Positions 9,409 to 19,674 of a DNA stretch of 64,000 nt are shown piece by piece; the stretch's first letter is position 1, and each line of letters opens with the position of its first letter. The position numbers and the translations under genes are program-made. The notes beneath the pieces were generated by a model, which did no database searches, was not told the origin of the DNA, and was given only the letters and a program-made list of their open reading frames with translations. The stretch is from a virus. Its lineage: Duplodnaviria > Caudoviricetes. The stretch is taken from the IMG/VR virus record IMGVR_UViG_2721755587_000002. One strand, written 5' to 3'.

Positions 9409-10533
9409 ATGGCGAATCTCAACACTCAGTCGTTCGCGCAGATCGTCTCGAACTTCGCCACAGCGGTGCAGGGGCGGGCGTCCAAGCTGGTGGATTTCAC
9501 CATCGGGTCGGTCCTGCGTGCCATCGCGGAGGCGATGGGCGGCGTGTCCCTCTGGCTGCAGGGGCTGGCGCTGCAGGTGGGTGCGCTCACCCGTGCCGCC
9601 ACGTCCAACGGAACCGATCTGGATTCGTGGTTCGCGCAGTTTGGCTTTGCCCGGCTGCCGGCGGTAGCTGCGACCGGGCAAGAATCCTTCGCGCGCTACA
9701 CGCCCACCAACCAGGCGTTGGTCCCGGTGGGGGCGACGGTCCAGACGCAGGACGGTTCAGTCCTGTACACCGTCGTCGCCGACGCCACCAACGCTGCGTA
9801 CAGTGCCGCGCAAGGCGGCTACGTGCTGCCGCCCGGCCAGGCCAGCGTGAATGTGACGGTGCAGTGCACGGTAGCGGGCGCCATCGGAAACGTCTCGGCA
9901 GGCGCGGTGAACACGCTCGGCACGGCCATTTCTGGCGTCGATTACGTCACGAACGCCGCGGCCTTCCAGAATGGCGTGCCGGCAGAAAAGGACGCGCCGG
10001 CGCGCGCCCGGTTCGTGCTGTACATCGCCAGCCTGGAGTCGGCGACGCTGCTGGCCGTCAAGAACGCCATCGCCAGCGTGGGCCTGAACATCACCGGGAT
10101 CATCACCGAGAACCAGCAGTACAACGGCTCGACCCAGAACGGCTATTTCACAGTGATTGCAGACGATGGCACCGGCTATCCGTCCTCAACAACGCTGACC
10201 AACGTCGCCAACGCGGTCGAGGCGGTGCGGCCGCTGTGTTCGACCTACGGGGTGCATGGGCCGACGATCCTCACCGCCGCCGTATCGATGGCGATCACCA
10301 CCGGCACCGGATACACGCACTCTGCGGTGGCCGCGCAGGTCGCCGCCGACCTGCAGGCCTACATCAATGGGCTCGGCGATGGGGTGCAGTTGCCATGGGC
10401 GTACCTGTCCACCGTCGCATTCGACGTGGAAGGCGTCACGAATGTCGCGAACGTGCTGCTCAACGGCGGCACCGCCGATATTGTCCCAACTCCGCAGCAG
10501 CGCGTCCTGGCTGGCGTAATTACGGTGACCTGA
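9409..10533 (+). CDS. Baseplate J/gp47 family protein
   Basis: GSVLRAI, DLD..G..R, GAIGNV motifs; 374 aa. Confidence 0.85.
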   Translation: MANLNTQSFAQIVSNFATAVQGRASKLVDFTIGSVLRAIAEAMGGVSLWLQGLALQVGALTRAATSNGTDLDSWFAQFGFARLPAVAATGQESFARYTPTNQALVPVGATVQTQDGSVLYTVVADATNAAYSAAQGGYVLPPGQASVNVTVQCTVAGAIGNVSAGAVNTLGTAISGVDYVTNAAAFQNGVPAEKDAPARARFVLYIASLESATLLAVKNAIASVGLNITGIITENQQYNGSTQNGYFTVIADDGTGYPSSTTLTNVANAVEAVRPLCSTYGVHGPTILTAAVSMAITTGTGYTHSAVAAQVAADLQAYINGLGDGVQLPWAYLSTVAFDVEGVTNVANVLLNGGTADIVPTPQQRVLAGVITVT

Positions 10534-10534
10534 T

Positions 10535-11218
10535 ATGGCGACTGGTGATTCCGACGACATCCTGTCGCGACTGAAGGCCTACGTGCCCCGCGGCTGGTTC
10601 GGGGGCTGGGCGCAGGCCCCCATCATCACCGCGGTGCTGGGCGGCATCGCATCTGTTCTGGCGGTGTCCTACGCGCTGATCATGTTCTTCTGGGCGCAAA
10701 CGCGCCTGCAGACCTCGACGGGCGGCTGGATCGACATCTGGGCGGCAGATTTTCTCGGAGGGACGCTGCCGCGCAAGCCGAACGAGCTCGATTCCAGCTA
10801 CATCGCGCGCATCCAGGTCGCGATCTTCCAGAAGCGGGCCACGCGGCCGGCCATGATCAGTGTGCTGACGCAGTTGACCGGGCGCGCGCCGATTATTTTC
10901 GAACCGGCCAGGCCACTCGATACCGGCTGCTTCAGCGCGCCCACGTCGCCGGGCTTCTTCGGTGTGGCGCGCTTCGGCTCGATTGCCTGCCCATTCGGCG
11001 CACTCATCACGGCGTACCGGCCACTGGTGGCCGGGGGCTCGGCGGGCGCCGCCTACCGCAACGCTGCGGCCTGGTCCGCATTCAGCACGCCGCTTTCTCA
11101 CGGCTCCTTCGGCTCGCTGTCCGAGCAAACGTCCGTGGCGACCGATGCCGACATTCTGGCGGCCATCAACGCCACGAAGCCCATCGCCACCAATATCGGC
11201 GTGCTCATCTCGAACTAA
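10535..11218 (+). CDS. Baseplate wedge protein (tail protein I-like)
   Basis: TSTGGWID..A.DF...R..NE.D..Y..RI motif; follows J. Confidence 0.7.
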   Translation: MATGDSDDILSRLKAYVPRGWFGGWAQAPIITAVLGGIASVLAVSYALIMFFWAQTRLQTSTGGWIDIWAADFLGGTLPRKPNELDSSYIARIQVAIFQKRATRPAMISVLTQLTGRAPIIFEPARPLDTGCFSAPTSPGFFGVARFGSIACPFGALITAYRPLVAGGSAGAAYRNAAAWSAFSTPLSHGSFGSLSEQTSVATDADILAAINATKPIATNIGVLISN

Positions 11219-11282
11219 CCCTGTTCCTCTCCATCCTTCGAAGGGCCGCCGTGCGCGGCCCTTTCCTATTGAGAATCCCCAT

Positions 11283-13055
11283 ATGCGACGCGTTGAAACG
11301 TATGTAGGCAGCCAGGTGTATGAGTGGTACGACTCTGCGCAGGCCCAGAGCACCATGACGGCGATTGCCAAGGTCTGCGCGGCGATCTTCGGCACCAGCG
11401 CAGTCGCCAACGGCCTTGCATGCACCCCCACGACGCCGGCATCCATAACCGTGCAGATCGGTGCAGGCGAAATCTACCAGGCCGCGCCGCTTGAAGCGAC
11501 TGCCTGCGGCACGCTGCCGGCGAACACGACCTACAGCATCCTCAAGCAGGGCATCCAGCTCGGCACGTACACGACCGGCGCCTTTGCGCTGCCGAGCACC
11601 AGCGGCCAGTCGATCAACTACCTGATCGAGGCGCAGTACCAGGATGCGGACATCAGCCTGGACCCGACCACGGGCACCGCGCCGGTCGTGCTGCAGTTCT
11701 ACAACTCGGCCAATCCGACGCAACCGTGGGCCGGCCCGAACAACACCGGGGCGACCAGCAACACCTTCCGCGACGGTGTGGTGGCCTACCAGGTCAAGGC
11801 GGGCGTCGCCGCGGCGACGGGGTCACAGGTTACGCCGACGCCCGACACGGGCTGGGTCGGCTTGTGGGTGGTCACGGTGCCGTACGGCGCGGCGTCGCTG
11901 ACCAGCGCGAATATTGCGGCCTATCCGGGGGCGCCGGTACTGCCCGGCGGCGTGCTGCAGTCCGCCATCAACGGCAACCTGGTCTATGGGGGCGACAACG
12001 GCTCTGCCAACGTCGTGCAGGCCAGCTTCCCGCTGCCGTCGGCCACGCTCACGGACAATCAGCAGTTCTGGGTCAAGATCAAGGCCGCCAATACAGGGGC
12101 AACGACGTTCACGCCGAATCCTGGTGTGATCAGCCCGGCGCCGGTTGTCGGTGCGGCGCACCAGGCGCTACAAGGAAACGAGCTCGTGGCCAACGGGCGC
12201 GCATTGTTCGTCTGGCGCGCGGACATCAGTTCGTTTGTGTTGTTGGAATGTACCGGCGGCGCACTGCAGGTTGCTGCGGCCGCGCAACCGCAACATGCCG
12301 CCCAGCTCGGCCAGATCGGCCACGGCCAGTGCCGCCTCTCCGTCGTCAGCGGCACGTCGCTGAAGCTGGCGCCGTACAACGGCAACAACCTCGTCATCAA
12401 CGGCGTGCCGCAGCAGGTCTCTGGCGCTGGCGTGACGATTGGCAACGGTGGCCTCGCCGCCTCGACGCTGTATTACGTCTACGCGTACATGAACGCCGGT
12501 GCGATGGCGCTGGAACTGTCGGCCACGGGCCATACGACGGGCTCGACCGGCATCGAGCAGAAGACAGGCGACGCGACGCGGACACTGGTTGGGATGATCT
12601 ACACCAGCGCAGCCACGCCGGGTCAATTCTCCGGCGCGCTGTGCCATAACTTCTTCAACCGTCGGATGTTGACTGGCGACAACATCACCAACGGGTCTCC
12701 GGTCAATTTCACCAATACGAGTGTCGCAGAGGTTACTGCGGCGCTCCGCGTCAGCATGCTGTGCTGGGGCGATGAAGGGTTCTCAGCCGCCTGCAGCGGG
12801 ACGGCATCTGTGGCTACGTCTGGCGGCGTCGGATCGCTGGGCCTGGTCGCCGATGGGATTCAGTTCGGCAGCTACGGAAACTTCGGATTGGCGGGCAGCG
12901 CAATCTTTGCAGAGACTTTCGCCGTCACGGGGGCGAAGACGCTTACAGAAGGTCTCCACATCTTCCAACTATGGGGCGCAGTGACCTCAGGTGGTAGCGC
13001 AGCGCTAGGGGCTAGCAACGGCCAAGTCAACATGTCAGTCACCACGCGAGGTTAA
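11283..13055 (+). CDS. Tail fibre protein
   Basis: ATG 11283; conserved N-terminal anchor, ANTGATT and GHGQCRL modules, variable C-terminus. Confidence 0.8.
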   Translation: MRRVETYVGSQVYEWYDSAQAQSTMTAIAKVCAAIFGTSAVANGLACTPTTPASITVQIGAGEIYQAAPLEATACGTLPANTTYSILKQGIQLGTYTTGAFALPSTSGQSINYLIEAQYQDADISLDPTTGTAPVVLQFYNSANPTQPWAGPNNTGATSNTFRDGVVAYQVKAGVAAATGSQVTPTPDTGWVGLWVVTVPYGAASLTSANIAAYPGAPVLPGGVLQSAINGNLVYGGDNGSANVVQASFPLPSATLTDNQQFWVKIKAANTGATTFTPNPGVISPAPVVGAAHQALQGNELVANGRALFVWRADISSFVLLECTGGALQVAAAAQPQHAAQLGQIGHGQCRLSVVSGTSLKLAPYNGNNLVINGVPQQVSGAGVTIGNGGLAASTLYYVYAYMNAGAMALELSATGHTTGSTGIEQKTGDATRTLVGMIYTSAATPGQFSGALCHNFFNRRMLTGDNITNGSPVNFTNTSVAEVTAALRVSMLCWGDEGFSAACSGTASVATSGGVGSLGLVADGIQFGSYGNFGLAGSAIFAETFAVTGAKTLTEGLHIFQLWGAVTSGGSAALGASNGQVNMSVTTRG

Positions 13056-13057
13056 TC

Positions 13058-13252
13058 ATGGTAACGAGGAAGAGAATCGGATCGAACTTCTTTGCTGATC
13101 TCGTCGCGCATGGGAATCTCGTGGGCCAGCATTTCAGTTGGAGGGCCGACGGGACCATCGAATTCTTCGACGACACGCCCCAAGATGTGGTGGCCGGAGT
13201 GTTGTCGGTATACGATGCACATGTTCCGTCGGACCCTGCTGGACCAGCATAA
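13058..13252 (+). CDS. Small tail-fibre-associated protein/chaperone
   Basis: 64 aa directly after the fibre gene. Confidence 0.55.
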   Translation: MVTRKRIGSNFFADLVAHGNLVGQHFSWRADGTIEFFDDTPQDVVAGVLSVYDAHVPSDPAGPA

Positions 13253-13271
13253 ATGCCGGTAGAATTGGGGT

Positions 13272-14090
13272 ATGAAACCTACTCAATTTCTCGCCGCTGG
13301 CTTCGTGGCTATGACTCTGATCGGAGGCTGCGGCTCTGACCAGAAGGCCGACGCAACGCGGGTTGGCAACGTGTCAACTGCTAGCTACGGGGTTTTGCCA
13401 GGGTCTCCGGCAAAGCCGCTGGCCTTGGTTTTCACCACGGACGTCGCCAATTCGCTGAATGGCACTTTCACGTCAGTCTCGAAGACTTTGCAGGCGGCGG
13501 GTTACACAATCGCCGCTGTCGATGTCACTTGTCACGGTCAAGACCTGCAGGCCGGTGAGACAGCGGGCCTTGGTTGCTGGGCTACTCGCGTTCAGCAAGG
13601 CAATGGCGACATCTTTGCCCCCATGGTTAAACGCGCTTCGGATGCGATCTCTGATCTCGTAGCCAAGGGAGTGGCGAGCGGGGTGGATGTCGTGGCAATC
13701 GGCGTTTCGCGCGGCGGCTATGCTGCCCTTCGCGCGGCTGCCGCGGATTCTCGCATCGGGACGGTGGTCCTCCTGTCGCCGGTGACGGACTTGGCAAGAT
13801 TGACGGAATTCCGTGGCATTGTCGTCGATCAGTCGATGTATGGGCTCGCCAACGACTTTGCAAAGTTTGCCGGTCGTCGCATCTTCATGCAGATCGGAAA
13901 CAGCGACGATCGTGTAGGCACCGCTGAAGCAATCTCCTTCGGCGTAGGTGTCGTAGCTGCGGGGGCCGGTAATCCTGTGGATTTCACCACAATAATCACC
14001 CCGAACAAAGGGCACGGCACCGCGTCGCAGGATATAGCAGCCCAGTGGATTCTGAAGGGGCCTGAGTCAGATTCCGGCAATGCGCCGTAG
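13272..14090 (+). CDS. Lipoprotein alpha/beta-hydrolase (esterase)
   Basis: Lipobox IGGC, nucleophile elbow GVSRGG, GNSDD Asp and KGH His. Confidence 0.75.
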   Translation: MKPTQFLAAGFVAMTLIGGCGSDQKADATRVGNVSTASYGVLPGSPAKPLALVFTTDVANSLNGTFTSVSKTLQAAGYTIAAVDVTCHGQDLQAGETAGLGCWATRVQQGNGDIFAPMVKRASDAISDLVAKGVASGVDVVAIGVSRGGYAALRAAAADSRIGTVVLLSPVTDLARLTEFRGIVVDQSMYGLANDFAKFAGRRIFMQIGNSDDRVGTAEAISFGVGVVAAGAGNPVDFTTIITPNKGHGTASQDIAAQWILKGPESDSGNAP

Positions 14091-14127
14091 TGCCGGAGCG
14101 AACCATGCTCCGGATTCCCTGTGGAGC

Positions 14128-15246
14128 TTACCGAAACACAGGAAGAATCGAGCGCACGAGTGGGCGGTTCTCAAAGATCCTGGATGCAGCTTTGGAAATC
14201 CAAACGATAGCTGGGACGAAGCTCACCCCCGCCACGATGCTTAACGCTGTGGAACTTTGAATTGTGGTTTGGAAAATGCCGAATGCGAACAGCAGAAGCG
14301 GCATGTGGACGATATACAGCGTGTATGAGTAGGCGGCGGCAGGTGCAAAGGCCGTAGGGACACGTATTGCTCCGGAAAGCAACAGTCCGAGAATCGCCGC
14401 GAAGCAAAGCCCCGTGGTCACGTTGAAGAGCACGAGAAAGTGCCAGGCGCTGCGGGCATCTGCTACGGTCAATGACTTGTACGCGAACGCGGCAGCGGCA
14501 ACAGAGAAGGCTGCTGTGGCCGCCCGCAGATACTTGGCAGGCGGAATCCAGTGGCGGTCGTGCAACTCGGACAGCGCGTAGCCGGCCCACCAGACGGGTA
14601 GGTAGTAGTAGAACTGATCGTTGTTCCAGCCGACGTAGAAGAGCGCAGTCGCGGCTGGCACCGACAGGATCTTCCACCATCCTCTCGGCCAAGCAATGAT
14701 CGCAGCCAGAACGTAATACCAGACCTCGATGGAAAGGCTCCAGAGCGGCCCGTTGGAGGATGGGGTGTCCGTAAAGAAGTCATTCAACGCCAGCGCAGCC
14801 CCAAGCATCTGAGTGGGCTCGAAGATGAATGCTTGTCTTGCGAGTGCATTTCGTTCAGCAGGCAGAAAAGCATTTGAGCCGCTTGGAAATACCGCTGGCG
14901 CCAGTTGGTACAGCAGCGCCATCAAAACGACGGAGAAAAGGAGCGGGGGCCAAATACGGATGACACGGTCCGAAAGGTACTTCCGCAAGAGAAGGTTGCC
15001 GTCGTGTCGAGCAATATTGCCTTTAATCGACTTGGCAATCAGAAAGCCGCTCATCACGAAGAACACCATTACAGCGCTCTGCGAGAGAAGCCCGAACCAT
15101 GGGCTTAACTTGTCGTAGGCAGGCGCAACCACGATTTGGTTCGTATGACCCACCAACACGGCCAGGGCTGAAAAACCACGAAGAGAGTCAAGTTGTTTTG
15201 ACTCGTTCTCGGAGAGGGGTCGGAAATTGTGGCTAATGGGCTTCAT
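14128..15246 (-). CDS. Acyltransferase-3 family membrane O-acyltransferase
   Basis: LDSLRG..A..V..GH, FFVMSGF, R..RIWP, WSLSIEVWYY and SYTLYIVH motifs; about 10 TM segments. Confidence 0.9.
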   Translation of the reverse strand: MKPISHNFRPLSENESKQLDSLRGFSALAVLVGHTNQIVVAPAYDKLSPWFGLLSQSAVMVFFVMSGFLIAKSIKGNIARHDGNLLLRKYLSDRVIRIWPPLLFSVVLMALLYQLAPAVFPSGSNAFLPAERNALARQAFIFEPTQMLGAALALNDFFTDTPSSNGPLWSLSIEVWYYVLAAIIAWPRGWWKILSVPAATALFYVGWNNDQFYYYLPVWWAGYALSELHDRHWIPPAKYLRAATAAFSVAAAAFAYKSLTVADARSAWHFLVLFNVTTGLCFAAILGLLLSGAIRVPTAFAPAAAYSYTLYIVHMPLLLFAFGIFQTTIQSSTALSIVAGVSFVPAIVWISKAASRIFENRPLVRSILPVFR

Positions 15247-15352
15247 CCGTGTTGGAGGGTGTCGTTTTGGTGGTTTCGCGCTGCCAGCGCAGGATATTAC
15301 TACACGCGCCTATTTTACTTTTCCAGATTGCCGCCAGAACTGACGGCGCTAC

Positions 15353-15384
15353 AAAGCCCGCCACCGCGCGGGCTTTTCTCTTTT
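15353..15384. terminator. Hairpin + U-tract
   Basis: AAAGCCCGC-caccgc-GCGGGCTTTT. Confidence 0.55.
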
Positions 15385-15440
15385 GGGTGACCCGTCCTGA
15401 CTAAGGTTGACACTTTTCCCGCAGCAATGAGGAGAGTGTC

Positions 15441-15845
15441 TTGGATATAGATCGGAAACGAACCCAACGCGACTACACGCTGGCTTTTAAGCTGGCGGTC
15501 GTTGAGGAAGTGGAAAAAGGCGAACTGACGTACAAGCAGGCGCAACACAAGTACGGAATCCAGGGGAGGTCCACGGTGCTGGTATGGTTACGCAAGCACG
15601 GACTACAGGACTGGAGCGGCTCGTTGCCACAGGGCGCCCGGTACGCGACGATGGAAAAGCAAGGTAAAGCCAAGCCCCGCACGCCGGAGCAGCGCATCAA
15701 GGAACTGGAAGTCCAGTTGCGCGAGGCGCAGGAGAAGGCGCGACTGTTCGAAGCAGTGATCGACGTGATTCAGAAGGAGCACGGGGTACGCGTCGTAAAA
15801 AAGCCTTCGGGCAAGTCCTCGCGCAAGAGCTCGTCCAAGGGCTAA
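15441..15845 (+). CDS. IS3 transposase OrfA
   Basis: YTLAFKLAVV HTH; A AAA AAG slippery site at 15797-15803. Confidence 0.9.
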   Translation: MDIDRKRTQRDYTLAFKLAVVEEVEKGELTYKQAQHKYGIQGRSTVLVWLRKHGLQDWSGSLPQGARYATMEKQGKAKPRTPEQRIKELEVQLREAQEKARLFEAVIDVIQKEHGVRVVKKPSGKSSRKSSSKG

Positions 15846-15949
15846 GCGTTAGCAGGGCTTGCCGTTACTTTGGCATCAGTCGCCAGGCGTACTACAAGCG
15901 CCGCCACAGCGAGCTTCGACAAACGGCCCGAGACGCCAGGATCTGCGCA

Positions 15950-16684
15950 TTGGTCACCGAAGTGCGGCTGCGCCAACCCCGTTTGGGCACGCGAAAACTG
16001 CAGCGGGTTCTGCAGGCGCCGCTGGCGAAGGCAGATATCCGGGTGGGCCGAGACCGGCTATTTGATGTTCTGCGCGCAGCCAGGCTGCTCGTGAAACCGC
16101 ATCGGGCGTATCACAAGACCACTAACAGCCATCACCGTTTCCGGTGCCATCCCAATCTTCTCAAGGAGGGGCCGCAGAAGGTAGTGCCCACGGCGGCCGA
16201 GCAGGTCTGGGTCGCTGACATTACGTACCTTCCCACCACCCAGCAGACCGTCTATCTGAGTCTTGTTACGGATGCCTGGTCGCGCAAGATCGTGGGCTAC
16301 CATGTCCATGACAGCCTGCAGACCGAGCAGGTGAGCCAGGCGCTGAAAATGGCACTACGCTCGCGCCGGACCCGGCAGACGCTGGTACATCATTCGGATC
16401 GAGGAATTCAATACTGCGCGACCTACTACCAGGCCATCCATCAGCGGCACGGTTTGACCTGTTCCATGACCGACGGCTACGACTGCTACCAGAACGCCAT
16501 GGCCGAGCGCATCAACGGCATCCTCAAGAGCGAATTCCTGCTGAACCGACCAACTGACCTGCAGCAAGCGGCTCGCATGGTGAAGGAGTCCGTACAGATC
16601 TATAACCGTGAACGCCCCCATCAAGCCCTGAAATACAAAACGCCCGATGAGGTTCATCGGGCGTCTATTACCTTGGAACGCTAG
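15950..16684 (+). CDS. IS3 transposase OrfB (DDE), reached by -1 frameshift from OrfA
   Basis: WVADITY, HHSDRGIQY and AERINGILKSE motifs; frame open back to the slippery site. Confidence 0.9.
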   Translation: MVTEVRLRQPRLGTRKLQRVLQAPLAKADIRVGRDRLFDVLRAARLLVKPHRAYHKTTNSHHRFRCHPNLLKEGPQKVVPTAAEQVWVADITYLPTTQQTVYLSLVTDAWSRKIVGYHVHDSLQTEQVSQALKMALRSRRTRQTLVHHSDRGIQYCATYYQAIHQRHGLTCSMTDGYDCYQNAMAERINGILKSEFLLNRPTDLQQAARMVKESVQIYNRERPHQALKYKTPDEVHRASITLER

Positions 16685-16742
16685 GCGCCCACGGCGCCAC
16701 AAAACCTGTCAACCTATGTCAGGACTTGACAGGGTACCAGAC

Positions 16743-17036
16743 ATGGCCGCAGGCAAGCAGCTCAAAGATTTCCCGGATGCCGCCCCCATCGGCGACGCCG
16801 ATCTTCTCTACGGCGCCCAATCCGGCGCGGAAAAGCGGATGACACGCGGCGCCCTGGTCGCGCAACTGTCGTTCCCCACCTTCGCCGCCATGCAGGCCGC
16901 TCTGACGGCTGGCGCGTTCACTCTCCCTCGGAAGGTGCTCGTCATGGTGGATGAGACGTTCAACAGCATCCCGACCGAATACACCATCGACGCCAACGGC
17001 CACGGCTACCAAGTGGCGTCCATTCAAAGGTTCTAA
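16743..17036 (+). CDS. Hypothetical phage protein
   Basis: 97-aa ORF starting 11 bp after the IS end. Confidence 0.55.
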   Translation: MAAGKQLKDFPDAAPIGDADLLYGAQSGAEKRMTRGALVAQLSFPTFAAMQAALTAGAFTLPRKVLVMVDETFNSIPTEYTIDANGHGYQVASIQRF

Positions 17037-17039
17037 GCG

Positions 17040-17729
17040 ATGACGACCTCCGTATTTTTCCCTGTAGGCGTTTCAAACCAGTCGACGTCGGGCACGCTGG
17101 CGGCGCTGAATGACGCCGTGACGCTCGCGACCGATTCCCTGGGCTCTGTCGGCGTCAACCTCTCCGGCACGAATGCCGGCGCGACGGTCGTGATCGAAGG
17201 GCTTATCGCCGGTACGACCTGGGACACGATCAAGGTCTACCCCCTCGTGGCGGGCGCTGCGGGCGTGATGTCCATCACCGCAGCGGGCGATTTTGAATTC
17301 AACTGCGCCGCGTTCAAGCAGGTTCGCGCGCGGCTGTCGGTGGCTGGTTCGGGTTCCTTCTCGGCCACGCTGAATGGGACTGGTGCTGCGAAGCACATGG
17401 CGGTGAAGAATGGGAATCCGGCGGACATGCAAGTGCAGCCGGTACCGGCCAGCATCCCGCCGACGGATCGCAGTGGTTCGATCGCCGCAGGCGGTACTGC
17501 GCAGGTGCTCATGGCGGCCAATGCCAACCGGCGCGCTTGGTGGATTCAAAACAACTCGTCGGGCGATCTTTGGCTGAATGAGATTGGCGGTACGGCGGTA
17601 CTTTCGCAGCCGTCAATCCAGATACAAGCCGGGGCGCTCTATGAAACCCCTGCGTCCTACTGCTCGCCGTCCGCCATCAGCATCATTGGCGCGACGACTG
17701 GTCAGACTTTCACCGCTCGGGAGGCTTGA
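17040..17729 (+). CDS. Beta-rich phage structural/adaptor protein
   Basis: 229 aa; RARLS and RRAWWIQNNS beta-sandwich-like segments. Confidence 0.6.
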   Translation: MTTSVFFPVGVSNQSTSGTLAALNDAVTLATDSLGSVGVNLSGTNAGATVVIEGLIAGTTWDTIKVYPLVAGAAGVMSITAAGDFEFNCAAFKQVRARLSVAGSGSFSATLNGTGAAKHMAVKNGNPADMQVQPVPASIPPTDRSGSIAAGGTAQVLMAANANRRAWWIQNNSSGDLWLNEIGGTAVLSQPSIQIQAGALYETPASYCSPSAISIIGATTGQTFTAREA

Positions 17730-17731
17730 TT

Positions 17732-19225
17732 ATGCCGATGTCGTTTCCGCAAAAAAGGCCTAGCCGGGTGCAAAATTGGGCGCGTAGCTTCAACAAACTG
17801 CGCGATCCATACGGCGTCATGGCCTCGCCCCCAACCATCACCCTTGGCGGCTCATCTTCTGCAATCAATGCCTTCACCTCGGGCAATGTTTCGCATCGAT
17901 TCGACAATGTCAGCCTTCGGCATTCTGGATGCGTGGTCATTAATGACGGCACGAATCGCGGGGTTGGCACAGGCACCACCTTTGCCGATGGGTCAAACCA
18001 AGCGAACAATAGCCCCATTCGCACGTGCTTCGTTACGGATGAGCCTGTTTTTGAGGCGTGTTTTCGCGGGACTCAATTCGGACAGGTCGGCATTACCGTC
18101 CGCGATCTGTTGGGCGGTGATCAATATGCCGCAAAGACTCGCGCCATCTCGCTTCCGAACAGTGGAAATCCATGTTACGTCAAGTTTGACTTTGGCGATG
18201 CCGCGAATACACGCACTTATACTTTGGCGCAGATCAGCAAAAGCGCGGGTGGATCTGGCTACGCAGTAGGCGATCAGATCACGCTAGCTGGTGGTACCGG
18301 CACTGCGGCTGTGCTGAATGTCATTCAGGTGAGCAGCGGGGCCGTCTCCCTGGTGGAAGTTCTTAACATCGGCGCCTACACGGTCGTCCCGACTGGCACC
18401 ATTTCGCAAGCATCGACCACAGGCAGCGGCACTGGCGCGACGTTCGTCAGCCCAATTTGGCTGGCGGCCTACGCCACTCGCCGCCTGCGCGAGATTGAGG
18501 TGATCTGGCATGGCTCGGGCCTCAAGTTGTATGGCATCAACGTACGCTCGCAAGGAAGCATCCTTCCGTACCCGGCGCCCCCGAATCAACCAATTTTGGC
18601 TCAGATAGGCGACTCCATCTCTAGCCTGACCTACGGCAACTATGCCGGCGAGCACATGGGCTACATCATGGCCCAAAGGCTCGGCATGGCTGATCGTTGC
18701 AAGGTAAATGCTATCGGTGGGACTGGATGGGCCACAGTCAATAGCGCAGTTACCCCAAACGGTCCGGCGTGGAGCGACGACAAGCGCATTGCTGATTTCG
18801 TTGCTATGAATGCAGACGTGTATGTATTTTGGGGGTCGCAGAATGATGCGGCCGCCGGTTCGTCGGTAGTAACTGCCGCAGTTACTAAGGTGTTGTCCGC
18901 TCTGCGCGCCAACAACCCGGATTGCTACCTCATTGGGCTGGGGCCTATTGTTGCGTCCGGTGCCGCAGCAACCACCTTATCTAGCGCTATCGCTGCTGGT
19001 TTTGCGGCGCAGGATCAGACGCGTACGGCCTATATCGACTCGACTGCCGAGGGGTGGCTGATGACCACGAGCACCGGCAAGGCGACGGCGGAAACCGGGG
19101 TTGGCAATTGGGACTTCTACGTTGCATCCGACGGTGCTCATCCGGGAGGATTGGGCCGCGACTATCTCAACTATCTGGCGTCCCTGCGTGTCGCAACGAC
19201 GTTGCAATCACTGGTTGGCACCTAA
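17732..19225 (+). CDS. SGNH/GDSL hydrolase-containing tail(spike)-like protein
   Basis: Blocks IGDSIS, GGTG, GSQND, DGAHP. Confidence 0.8.
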   Translation: MPMSFPQKRPSRVQNWARSFNKLRDPYGVMASPPTITLGGSSSAINAFTSGNVSHRFDNVSLRHSGCVVINDGTNRGVGTGTTFADGSNQANNSPIRTCFVTDEPVFEACFRGTQFGQVGITVRDLLGGDQYAAKTRAISLPNSGNPCYVKFDFGDAANTRTYTLAQISKSAGGSGYAVGDQITLAGGTGTAAVLNVIQVSSGAVSLVEVLNIGAYTVVPTGTISQASTTGSGTGATFVSPIWLAAYATRRLREIEVIWHGSGLKLYGINVRSQGSILPYPAPPNQPILAQIGDSISSLTYGNYAGEHMGYIMAQRLGMADRCKVNAIGGTGWATVNSAVTPNGPAWSDDKRIADFVAMNADVYVFWGSQNDAAAGSSVVTAAVTKVLSALRANNPDCYLIGLGPIVASGAAATTLSSAIAAGFAAQDQTRTAYIDSTAEGWLMTTSTGKATAETGVGNWDFYVASDGAHPGGLGRDYLNYLASLRVATTLQSLVGT

Positions 19226-19275
19226 ACAAAACCACAGCCCGCCCCGAGCGGGCCTTTTCATTTCCGGGGTCACAA

Positions 19276-19674
19276 ATGTCCGAACCAATCAGCGGCAGCG
19301 CCGCAGGCGTAGCCGGCTGGAAGCTAATCGGCGGTCTCGCCGGTGCGGGGGCCATTGGGGCCGGTCTCGCATCTCTCGTTGTGATGTGCATGATGACGCC
19401 ACGTAGCAGGAAGGAATGGGCGGTAGGGTTGACCTCGACTGTCGTCGGGTCAGCGTGCGGCGGATCTGCCGTGATCATGAAATATGGGCTGCTGGTCTGG
19501 GCGCGCGAGTACATCGGCCTGGTGGCGCTGATCGGATTGGCGTTTGCCTGTGGGTTGCCTGCGTGGGCCGTCGTCCGGTGGACCTTCAACTTCATCGAGA
19601 AGCGCGAAGGCAAGGATCTGGGCGAGGTCGCTCAGGACGTGCGTGACGCGGTGACGGGGGGCAATCATGGCTGA
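19276..19674 (+). CDS. Holin
   Basis: 3 TM segments, charged C-terminus, immediately upstream of endolysin. Confidence 0.7.
   Translation: MSEPISGSAAGVAGWKLIGGLAGAGAIGAGLASLVVMCMMTPRSRKEWAVGLTSTVVGSACGGSAVIMKYGLLVWAREYIGLVALIGLAFACGLPAWAVVRWTFNFIEKREGKDLGEVAQDVRDAVTGGNHG

Larger units (their letters stand above)
15388..16731 (+). mobile_element. IS3-family insertion sequence, 1344 bp
   Basis: TG...CA ends; imperfect IRs TGACCCGTCCTGACTAAGGTTGACA / TGTCAAGTCCTGACATAGGTTGACA; 3-bp GGG target duplication. Confidence 0.95.

Noticed and set aside
11283-13252. Diversity-generating retroelement or invertible tail-fibre cassette (either fibre gene)
   Set aside because: No reverse transcriptase or invertase, and I saw no template-repeat copy of either fibre 3' end
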